Source: an uncultured virus (IMG/VR IMGVR_UViG_3300028591_000116)
Taxonomy: Duplodnaviria; Heunggongvirae; Uroviricota; Caudoviricetes
Length of the DNA stretch: 63,502 nt
Virus record (IMG/VR): IMGVR_UViG_3300028591_000116
Strand: one strand, 5' to 3'
A program made the position numbers and the translations under genes. The notes under the pieces are model-generated. The model searched no databases, was not told where the DNA came from, and saw only the letters and a list, made by a program, of their open reading frames with translations. Each line of letters opens with the position of its first letter. Position 1 is the stretch's first letter. Shown here one piece after another: positions 39,520 to 47,790 of the stretch.

Positions 39520-41433
39520 TCACTTATTCACTACATCAAACGGTGTAACACCTAACTGTGCATTATAATAATACTGTCCTGTAGGTTTATCTGTTGGCGT
39601 AAATCCTTTAAATCCTTTCATTTGAACTGGGATAGGCATAAAGAATTGCTGTTGGAACATCAGATAGTTTATAGGCATAATCGGATACATTGGTTGATTT
39701 CCAGTAGCTGTACTAAACATCGGTTTAATGCCGCCATCTTGTTTCTTCTTAATATCAGAAGGCTTAATAGATACAGCTTCATTCTTAAGATTACCAAGAC
39801 TAACCGCACCTCTAGTTCCACCAACAGAGATTGTTCCGCCTGAGAATACATCTTCAATAGGCATAATACTAGTTCTACAAGATTCCTTATCAGTTCCAGC
39901 ATCATCTTCGATAAAGAATCCATTATGGAGTTTTGTTACCAAATATCCATACTCAGGACCAGTAGTTCGATAACGAACTTTATCTCGATTCATTTCAAGA
40001 TATTTTTCATTATCATATTTGCTTATTTCAGTATAGATAAAACAAGTGAAATGGAATCGTCGAAGAATATCATATGATCCAGATACATGCTGTCTATCCA
40101 ATACCTTACATAAGTCAACCATTCCTTTTTGTCTAGCTTCACTAATAGCTGCTGCACCTTGACGGTTCAACTGATGTGCTGTGATAAAAGGATATGGTTT
40201 ATCGCTTATCCATTTTTCTATACGTCTAGCACGATTTAACAACAATGTTGTTTCATCATTTACTCTAAGTCTAATATCTTCTTCATCAGGTGACATAAGA
40301 TCGAAAGAGTCCACAATAACTGCTATAACGAAATACTCTTCTTCTTCAAGTCTACGAATCAATTGTTTCAATGTAGACATGTTTACTTTATAGTCACCAG
40401 CATTAACCTGAGTAACGTCAATTATACTATCATTAAGAATCGCGTTATAATGATTGAATACTTCATCAAATGTGTTATAGTCATACATGTTTGACTTAGA
40501 CGCAATAGAGAAATCGCGAGACAAGTCTTCTTTAGAACCGTTCTCAAGAGATACGAATAATATCGTAGGTCTTTTACCAGTTCTGAGGAACTCCTCTTTA
40601 AACATATCGGAATTATATTTTTGGATCCATCGTTTAATATTTTCCAACAAAGCAGATTTAAATGTGTTTGTATCAGCCATAAACAAACTTGCTGTTCCAC
40701 CTAAAAATCCACCTTTAATCGACAGCATCTTATCGAATGCTTTCAGACCTGTATGTAAACACATCTTTGGGGAGTGTTCATATTCGTATGCTTCCTTAAA
40801 CTTCTCTTTAAATTCATCAGGTCTACTTGTGTGGAATACAGAAAGCTCATCTTCATTACTGTCTGTCTTATTGAATTCTTCATTCAAATCAGAAATGATT
40901 TCTCTAAGTTCACTTAAGATTTCATCAAGACTAGATACATTACCGGAACCTAAATCAGACAAAGTATCAGACAATTCATCTTTGCGAATTAAAATCGCTT
41001 CATATCTTAAAAATTTATCACACGATTTAACTACTAATTTAGTTTCTTTTTCTGTAGTTTCTGTTGCGTTTAATATTGTTGGAAAGATAATATTATCTTT
41101 TACTTCACCAAATTGTTCTCCTAATTCCAAGTTACAATATTCAACAAGGTCTTCAATTTCAGTTGCACCTTCAAGCTTATTTCTAAGAACACACTTGATA
41201 GATACAATAAGAGCGTATAACGTTTGATCTTTCTCAAACAAATACATTGGTGTATTTTCTATAAACGTTCTGATATTCTGTAATTTCTTGACTTTTGTGA
41301 ATTCAGGGTTACTAACAACTTTCAAAACCATTGTTAGAAATCGTTCGCTTAAAAATGACGATCTAAAATCTATATTCTTTTTTCGCCTAGCCGAATAAGT
41401 CGTCTTTGGCGGTTCCATATTTTTAATAAGCAT
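39520..41433 (-). CDS. SF4 (DnaB-like) replicative helicase
   Basis: H1 ADTNTFKS, H1a LFVSLE, H2 VIVDSFDLM, H3 ITAHQLNR; GAGG RBS. Confidence 0.85.
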   Translation of the reverse strand: MLIKNMEPPKTTYSARRKKNIDFRSSFLSERFLTMVLKVVSNPEFTKVKKLQNIRTFIENTPMYLFEKDQTLYALIVSIKCVLRNKLEGATEIEDLVEYCNLELGEQFGEVKDNIIFPTILNATETTEKETKLVVKSCDKFLRYEAILIRKDELSDTLSDLGSGNVSSLDEILSELREIISDLNEEFNKTDSNEDELSVFHTSRPDEFKEKFKEAYEYEHSPKMCLHTGLKAFDKMLSIKGGFLGGTASLFMADTNTFKSALLENIKRWIQKYNSDMFKEEFLRTGKRPTILFVSLENGSKEDLSRDFSIASKSNMYDYNTFDEVFNHYNAILNDSIIDVTQVNAGDYKVNMSTLKQLIRRLEEEEYFVIAVIVDSFDLMSPDEEDIRLRVNDETTLLLNRARRIEKWISDKPYPFITAHQLNRQGAAAISEARQKGMVDLCKVLDRQHVSGSYDILRRFHFTCFIYTEISKYDNEKYLEMNRDKVRYRTTGPEYGYLVTKLHNGFFIEDDAGTDKESCRTSIMPIEDVFSGGTISVGGTRGAVSLGNLKNEAVSIKPSDIKKKQDGGIKPMFSTATGNQPMYPIMPINYLMFQQQFFMPIPVQMKGFKGFTPTDKPTGQYYYNAQLGVTPFDVVNK

Positions 41434-41513
41434 AAATTTCCTCGATTTATTAGCATAGTCATGTCTTATTATTGATAAAAGAATATATGATTGAAAAGCT
41501 TTTCAATAATTTC

Positions 41514-41699
41514 AGGAAGTTGTGCTAAAAATACTTGTATCAAACATTGTGCTTCTGGATGTGGTAGTGGAGCATCTTGTTCGTCATCATGTCACACTTG
41601 GTGTAGAGTTAAATGTGGTAGTTCTGGAGATTGTCTAAGCGATTGTGGTAGTTGTGCGTCTAAAGCGTGGAACGGGGAAACTGACGGTGGTTGTAGTGG
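41514..41699 (+). other. Cys-rich cassette 5 (GSCAKNTCIKHC...ETDGGCSG)
   Basis: Both anchors; 186 bp; 41544-41699 identical to the reverse complement of 30908-31063. Confidence 0.85.
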
Positions 41700-41715
41700 T
41701 TAAAAAGAAAAAAGA

Positions 41716-41737
41716 ACCGAGGGATTATACCCTCGGT
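41716..41737 (-). terminator. Intrinsic terminator
   Basis: ACCGAGGG-attata-CCCTCGGT with an A-tract on its left abutting cassette 5. Confidence 0.7.
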
Positions 41738-41751
41738 CTATCAGTTTTTAC

Positions 41752-41907
41752 TTAATAACCAAATATTGTTTTTTCTTTATCATTATCATCATTATCGTCA
41801 TCTAGTATTCCGAATCTATCCAGCAGATATATAGTAAGTGCAATACATCCAACGAATACACCAAGCACTATAACGATAACACCAACAACAATCCTCAAAA
41901 CAGACAT
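41752..41907 (-). CDS. Small single-pass membrane protein (51 aa)
   Basis: GGAGG RBS; MSVLRIVVGVIVIVLGVFVGCIALTIYLL then an acidic tail. Confidence 0.65.
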   Translation of the reverse strand: MSVLRIVVGVIVIVLGVFVGCIALTIYLLDRFGILDDDNDDNDKEKTIFGY

Positions 41908-41930
41908 TTATCCCTCCAATGTCCTTTTAT

Positions 41931-42035
41931 TTAGTATTTTCGGTGCTCCATTGAAAGCCAAATTCCTAAGAATCCAAATCCAAGCGCACCAGCACATAAT
42001 GCAGTTTTACCAATAGCAGCTAAAATAACAATCAT
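41931..42035 (-). CDS. Small hydrophobic peptide (34 aa)
   Basis: AGGAGG RBS; MIVFLAAIGKTALCAGALGFGFLGIWLSMEHRKY. Confidence 0.55.
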   Translation of the reverse strand: MIVILAAIGKTALCAGALGFGFLGIWLSMEHRKY

Positions 42036-42043
42036 ATTTCCTC

Positions 42044-43096
42044 CTAAATTTTTATCGTTTTGAACTTATAAGACACACCATTTTCTGGTAATTCTCCAAA
42101 ATCTTTTCCTTCTTCATTCAGATACAAAGTTATATCAAATGTCGACTGGAAAGGTTCCAGAATCTTTTCAAAATATTCTAATTTAAACGTCTTATCATTA
42201 TCACAGAATACATTAAGTTTACCACCAACAAAACCAGTCATGTTAATCAAATTTTGTATAGTTCTAGCACAACCTTTACGAGAAGCACTTCCTAAAACTA
42301 CACTGGTGTTATCTTGACCATAGAAGAAGTTTTGTATATTGATACAGTTAAACGAAGATTCTGTTACACATATAATTGGATATGGTGTCAACAAATCTAT
42401 AGCCATTGGTGGCGTATAAAAATACGGACGTTTAATATTTTGATAAAGATGTATAATAGAAAATCTGTCAAGTCCCCAATCTTCATCTTTTTCTTTATAA
42501 TGCAAATTTCTAAAAGATATAGAAGTTTTATCAGCAGATACAAATCCGCATCCTTCTTGATCTATTAAAGGTATCAAATCTTTATTTATTCTTGGATTTT
42601 CTATTTTATTCATTTTCAAGAACTTAGAAAAGTTCAATACTATTCGGTATTTCTTTATATTTTCATAGTCACTAAAGTCTATTCCTAACCTTGATTTCAT
42701 GTAGTCTATTTTATGTTGTTCTGCTTTTGTTGGTACAGGATATCGATATTGTATCTTTGAGGTATCGTCCTCCTGAGAAAAAGTTTTGATATATCCTGAA
42801 TTGGTTGTTGATTTAATGTATTCTTCAACTTGTACATCATAAATGCCTAGTTTACGAAGAATAGTTGGTGATACGAGTCCTGAAGCGGAACACAACTTAC
42901 AATCGTATACAATCATTTGTTTATGGTTAATTTCTCGTACACCGATATACATGTGGGCAGAATCCTGATGAACTGAGTCTCCACAAATACAACAACGACA
43001 AACTCTTAATTCCGTAGGAGTATTAACTGGTTTACTCCTTGGAACAAACTGTAAGAGTTGATTTAATCTATCTATAGCTGGGTCATTAAAAACCAT
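42044..43096 (-). CDS. DNA primase (Zn-binding + TOPRIM)
   Basis: RCCICGDS...YDCKLC zinc finger; VTES and DND/KDFGE TOPRIM motifs; GGAG RBS before the ATG at 43096. Confidence 0.85.
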   Translation of the reverse strand: MVFNDPAIDRLNQLLQFVPRSKPVNTPTELRVCRCCICGDSVHQDSAHMYIGVREINHKQMIVYDCKLCSASGLVSPTILRKLGIYDVQVEEYIKSTTNSGYIKTFSQEDDTSKIQYRYPVPTKAEQHKIDYMKSRLGIDFSDYENIKKYRIVLNFSKFLKMNKIENPRINKDLIPLIDQEGCGFVSADKTSISFRNLHYKEKDEDWGLDRFSIIHLYQNIKRPYFYTPPMAIDLLTPYPIICVTESSFNCINIQNFFYGQDNTSVVLGSASRKGCARTIQNLINMTGFVGGKLNVFCDNDKTFKLEYFEKILEPFQSTFDITLYLNEEGKDFGELPENGVSYKFKTIKI

Positions 43097-43130
43097 TATA
43101 TTCTCCAAAAGATATTTTTAAAAGTTAAAT

Positions 43131-43142
43131 CATGGCTATGTT
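43131..43142 (-). promoter_or_regulatory. Putative promoter AACA-N6-TG for primase
   Basis: AACA tagcca TG on the minus strand. Confidence 0.5.
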
Positions 43143-43185
43143 TAGCCATTTCTTTGATTTTAATATATAATATAAAATATTTTTC

Positions 43186-43395
43186 AGGAAGTTGTTTAGG
43201 TCGATGTGGACATAGTTGCGCTTGGTCATGTAGAGCATCTCCTTGTGAAACTAGTTCTGGGTGTTATGATCATTGTGCTGGAAATGGAGGCGGGACTATG
43301 TGTGCTGATGGAGGTTGTAATAACTCGTGTGCGATATGTGTTTCGACTTGTTCTAATTGGTGTTGGAATATTGGTGCTGGCTGTGGTTGTAGTGG
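43186..43395 (+). other. Cys-rich cassette 6 (GSCLGRCGHSC...GAGCGCSG)
   Basis: Both anchors; 210 bp, stop-free. Confidence 0.85.
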
Positions 43396-43543
43396 GGAGA
43401 AAATAATCATTTTCATAAAATTTCTCCTTTCTCTATGATAATAATATGAATAAAAATAACGCTAAACATGTTCATGAATAAAAAAATAACCCAAACTATC
43501 GATAACTATATTTGTTGGGTCATTTTTTATTGTGAGGTAGCAT

Positions 43544-43669
43544 TTATGCTACAATCCCACATTTGATGTTAGAGAAATAATTGTTCTCTTTCATAAGCGT
43601 AATCATTTCGGCTTTGGTAATTTTACCTTCAGCCAACAATGATTTCAAATACTTATGGTATTTGTGCAT
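43544..43669 (-). CDS. Small hypothetical protein (41 aa)
   Basis: Strong AGGAGGTG RBS; MHKYHKYLKSLLAEGKITKAEM... Confidence 0.6.
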   Translation of the reverse strand: MHKYHKYLKSLLAEGKITKAEMITLMKENNYFSNIKCGIVA

Positions 43670-43805
43670 AGGACTCACCTCCTTGCAGTAAAACAAACTT
43701 GGAGGGGACCGGCGGGGTCCCCTCCTTCTTTACTACATTATTATAAGTAAAAGACTATGTTGCTTGAAAAATAACCTACCCTTTATAGGGTAGGTTTAAT
43801 TGTAG

Positions 43806-44861
43806 TTAAAAATTGTATCCTGATAATTCTTTCAGCATGTATTGTAATGCCTGAGTCATGTATTTCTCAAACATTTCATTAAAGATCATTTTATAGACAT
43901 CAGAATCTGTACCTGTGAGAATATTCCAATGGAAAATATTCCATATAGCGCAACTAGAATCTGATCTATCGTTAATGTTGTAATAGTTGAATATATCTAT
44001 AAGAGCATTAATTAGAGTATCTTTAGACACACCAGGCCTATCTTCGTCATTGAATTCATATAATGCTAACGGATCACAAGAATGAACTCTGCAACCAAAT
44101 TGGCCACACGTTTCACAATGTCGAGATCTAATGTCTTTAAGAGCATTTGATATATCAAGATTTGTGTGCAAGAGATACGTGAAAAACATCCTGTTAACTT
44201 TATCTGCTGACAGTTGGATATCTTTCATTATATCTTCTGCTATATCTTCAGGTTTGAAATTGTCTTCTTCCTTAGTTTTAAAGTTCTTAACAAATTCGTC
44301 GATATTAAACTTAGTATAATAGTTAATATCTGATGATACGATTCCTCGTTTAGTTATCTCTTTAGGTTTAAAAACTGGATCCATTATGGTATCCATAAGA
44401 AGAACTGATGTCTCAATACTTATCGGATTAGCGATTTTATGACCATCCAATAAGAAAAGCAGAGATACTGTGAATTTGAATATAGGTTTATCCTCATCAA
44501 ATTTAGGATCTCCGAAGGTTACAATTTTACCAATACCAAACTTATGGTATAGATCATTTTCAAAGATTTCGGCTAATTTAGTCATAAGAGTGTAAGTCTT
44601 AGCAATAGCCAAAGTCACATTTTCAAGAGAATTAGGATATGTACACAATCCAAAGAAATGATCATCGATTTCTTTAGAAAGGTTTAGGTTAGTTGAAGCC
44701 AAATTCTCTTTATATCCATACAATAAATCAGCCGCAGCAATTTTAATCTTTTCGATTACAGAAAGAGAACGTTTAGAAAACGGTGACTCAAAATCTGCTG
44801 ATAAGCAAGCGTCTATTTTTTGCATGGTGTCTAAAGGTTTTACTGACGTTTCGACATCCAT
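43806..44861 (-). CDS. Hypothetical protein with CxxC...CxxHxC cluster
   Basis: AGGAG RBS; AACA-N6-TG at 44908-44897. Confidence 0.7.
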   Translation of the reverse strand: MDVETSVKPLDTMQKIDACLSADFESPFSKRSLSVIEKIKIAAADLLYGYKENLASTNLNLSKEIDDHFFGLCTYPNSLENVTLAIAKTYTLMTKLAEIFENDLYHKFGIGKIVTFGDPKFDEDKPIFKFTVSLLFLLDGHKIANPISIETSVLLMDTIMDPVFKPKEITKRGIVSSDINYYTKFNIDEFVKNFKTKEEDNFKPEDIAEDIMKDIQLSADKVNRMFFTYLLHTNLDISNALKDIRSRHCETCGQFGCRVHSCDPLALYEFNDEDRPGVSKDTLINALIDIFNYYNINDRSDSSCAIWNIFHWNILTGTDSDVYKMIFNEMFEKYMTQALQYMLKELSGYNF

Positions 44862-44951
44862 AATAAGCTCCTAGCGCTAGAAGTTGGTTGAAATTTCATT
44901 TATATGTTTTGGGTATATTTTGTTCCTTATAATGGGTATTTTTATAGGAAA

Positions 44952-44963
44952 AACATCTTTATG
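44952..44963 (+). promoter_or_regulatory. Putative promoter AACA-N6-TG for the 45000-57068 operon
   Basis: AACA tcttta TG. Confidence 0.55.
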
Positions 44964-44999
44964 ACAAACGACTAATTTTTGCGTAAAAGAGGTGAAAAT

Positions 45000-46421
45000 A
45001 TGGCAACAATGTGCTATTTAAACTTCCCCGCAATTGAAATAAAAACTGCTACTGATAGTATTCTTTATGCCGTTTCGAAGTTTGTTTCTGGTAAATTTCC
45101 GCAAAGAGTTATTAAACAAACCTTTGTAGATCTCCAAGATAAAATGCGAGACATATACAAGAATGCTTTGACTTCATATTCAGGTAAATTGTCGGAAAAC
45201 AATAACTATCAAGAAATGTTGAAAGTTCCTAGGCCTCACATGTTTGTAGGATATACTTTTGATAGTTCTTTTGATAGTACAGAAACAGGATTAGGTGAAA
45301 CTCAACCTTACATGTTTCCTAACGCTTTCTTTTTACAAGAAAAAATGACTTCGTCTATTCCTGTATTATACGACAAGCAACGAAATATTCAAATCAGAAC
45401 AAACAATCTGAGAATTAGGGTTACAGCAGAATTTGTTATCACTTGTGCAAACAGAGAAGAACAATTCACCATATATAACTATATACTAAACACGCTTAAG
45501 ATGTATTATACTATGCCTCTTAAAGGAATACAAGCGTCTTATATTCTTCCTGATTATTTGGTTACATTTATAAAAGATGCTCTTTATGGTGGTGAAGATA
45601 TTCCTATAGAGGATGTAGATGCAGATTTTGCACAATACATGAAAGAAAACAGTGCAGGAACGATATATCCAGTATTCAAGAATAATAAGAAAACAGACTC
45701 TTATTACGAAATGAAATATTATTACAACAGAATTGATTTCAGATTGACTAGTAAACCGCAAATGGACGAAGGTCAAAAGACAAATGAAGCTGCTGATAAT
45801 TTCTTAATTAGATTTCCAGCAGAAGTTCAATTCTACGTTCCTACTAACTACACAGTTAAGATTCCTGAACTTGTATCTAATGGTGTTGGCGGTACATTCC
45901 AAGTTCCTGATTTCATAAAACTCGACGCTATTAATACAGATAATCTTGAAGAACACGTATTAGGCGTTATTAAGAAATACGAAAAAGATCTGTTTCAAGA
46001 ACCTTCTTTATATGAAAAAGGTTGGGATTTTATATCTAGACAAGAGTTTACTATTATGAACCCTGAAGATTATTTTAATCTCAGAGATATAATGCCTGAA
46101 AATCTCTTGAAAGTGTTTGACTACCTAACCCAAGAAGAAAGAAAACAATGTTTTCGAATATACATTTACGAAAACAGAAGAATTCTTGATGACAATAAGT
46201 ATTGTGAAATAGACGATGACTGGAATGTATTTATACACGATGGTGATACTCTAAAGGTTCATGAAGTTGAAATATACATTCGCGGTAATGATATCGAAAG
46301 AATCATAGCTAAACGAAAAAGTAAACAAGAAAAACAAAAGAAATTAGCGGCAAAAGCAGAAGATACTGCTGAAAGTATTAATCGAAAACGACGTTCTTCT
46401 GCTAATGTGACTAGAGGTTAA
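45000..46421 (+). CDS. Putative virion structural protein
   Basis: GAGGTG RBS before the ATG at 45000; first gene of a structural-looking operon. Confidence 0.55.
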   Translation: MATMCYLNFPAIEIKTATDSILYAVSKFVSGKFPQRVIKQTFVDLQDKMRDIYKNALTSYSGKLSENNNYQEMLKVPRPHMFVGYTFDSSFDSTETGLGETQPYMFPNAFFLQEKMTSSIPVLYDKQRNIQIRTNNLRIRVTAEFVITCANREEQFTIYNYILNTLKMYYTMPLKGIQASYILPDYLVTFIKDALYGGEDIPIEDVDADFAQYMKENSAGTIYPVFKNNKKTDSYYEMKYYYNRIDFRLTSKPQMDEGQKTNEAADNFLIRFPAEVQFYVPTNYTVKIPELVSNGVGGTFQVPDFIKLDAINTDNLEEHVLGVIKKYEKDLFQEPSLYEKGWDFISRQEFTIMNPEDYFNLRDIMPENLLKVFDYLTQEERKQCFRIYIYENRRILDDNKYCEIDDDWNVFIHDGDTLKVHEVEIYIRGNDIERIIAKRKSKQEKQKKLAAKAEDTAESINRKRRSSANVTRG

Positions 46422-46426
46422 CTATT

Positions 46427-47767
46427 ATGGGCGTTACAAATGAAGTAAACACATACGCACAGTTTCCTAACTTAGATCAATTCACTAGTAAAGAACGAGA
46501 TGTTTTTGTAAGTGAACACGAGTTTGAAACTGTATTAAACCTTATGGTAACCGAACTTGATAATCTTCTTGACACCAGTTCAGGAAATGCTTCTGAAATT
46601 GAAAGTCAAAAGACTCAGGTTAGTGTTGCTTTAAATAAATTAACATCTGATATCGAATCTACATTACACGATTTGATAGCACGATATATCAGTCTTATTC
46701 AGGACGAATCAAACAAAGTAAGTGCTGCTGAAGAGCGTATTTATTCTCGTATACAGAAAGTAATTCAGGGAATCAACGTAAACGTTCAAAACCGAACAAT
46801 TACTTATGATACAGTAATGAGTTATAAATTACGTATCTTAGATGCAGTTTACAAATTGTTTGGCGCATTATCTCCATATGCAGACTCAAGAAAAAACGAT
46901 CCTAAGTATTTCATCCATAAAGATGAAACTGCTATTCTTAGAGACGTAGACGAAGGAATTGGATTCAGAAGCTGTTCTATTGCTCTTGATCCAAGTATCC
47001 AACAGGGAGAAGTTATTAAACTTTGTTCTTGGGAACCTATTCAGAACGGAACAAAAATTCCAACATTCTTAGCAGAAGTGATTATATCAGGAGACTTATA
47101 TGCCTTCAGAGGTTATGTAAGTTCTACTTGTAAAAACCAGGAAGGCGAACGTACAGTAATTTTCGATGCAGATTATTTTATTAATCAGGATCTTCCGTTC
47201 TCTGTAAAAACATTCTATGACAAGACAAATAACAAAATGGTACTTGCTCTTGTTTATGATAACACTAATGATAACTTCACTTCTATTGTAAAGATGGATC
47301 TTAGTGTAAACCTTCTTGTTGGAGAAAACTTAGTATTTGCACCTAATAGTACAAAGATGGCTAACGCAGGTCTTATTACATTTGGTGTAAGTGCAAATCT
47401 CAGTAATCTTGAAGCTACTGCACAAAACGGAAACGTTCTTGTTTCACAGTATAACGATAAAGAAGAATATATTGGTAGCGTAAACAAGACTCTCTATAGA
47501 GTTCAAACTGGAACTACCATAAATATTATTCTTAGAGTTCCTGAAGGAAAAGAAGGCGAATATAGTTTGCCTAATATATATAACGATGAATTCGCTGACC
47601 TTATTAAAGTAAAGGTCAATGGAGTATATCGTACAATCAGCAACACAGCTGAAACCGATACTCATTTCTATCTGTCTTCTGGACTGTTGAGTATCGAAAA
47701 CGTGGATGGAGAAGTAGTAATTATAGCTAATGCTGTTGCAACAAAATCTGCTACTCCTGGATTATAA
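46427..47767 (+). CDS. Putative virion protein (N-terminal coiled coil, C-terminal beta-rich domain)
   Basis: GAGG RBS; C-terminal GLLSIENVDGEVVIIANA resembles divergent InlB B/Ig-like repeats. Confidence 0.55.
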   Translation: MGVTNEVNTYAQFPNLDQFTSKERDVFVSEHEFETVLNLMVTELDNLLDTSSGNASEIESQKTQVSVALNKLTSDIESTLHDLIARYISLIQDESNKVSAAEERIYSRIQKVIQGINVNVQNRTITYDTVMSYKLRILDAVYKLFGALSPYADSRKNDPKYFIHKDETAILRDVDEGIGFRSCSIALDPSIQQGEVIKLCSWEPIQNGTKIPTFLAEVIISGDLYAFRGYVSSTCKNQEGERTVIFDADYFINQDLPFSVKTFYDKTNNKMVLALVYDNTNDNFTSIVKMDLSVNLLVGENLVFAPNSTKMANAGLITFGVSANLSNLEATAQNGNVLVSQYNDKEEYIGSVNKTLYRVQTGTTINIILRVPEGKEGEYSLPNIYNDEFADLIKVKVNGVYRTISNTAETDTHFYLSSGLLSIENVDGEVVIIANAVATKSATPGL

Positions 47768-47790
47768 TTCTTTTAATAAAGAGGACTAAA

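Noticed and set aside
30908..41699. Diversity-generating retroelement TR/VR pair
   Set aside because: The two copies are identical with no adenine-specific mismatches, and no reverse transcriptase is visible in the window.
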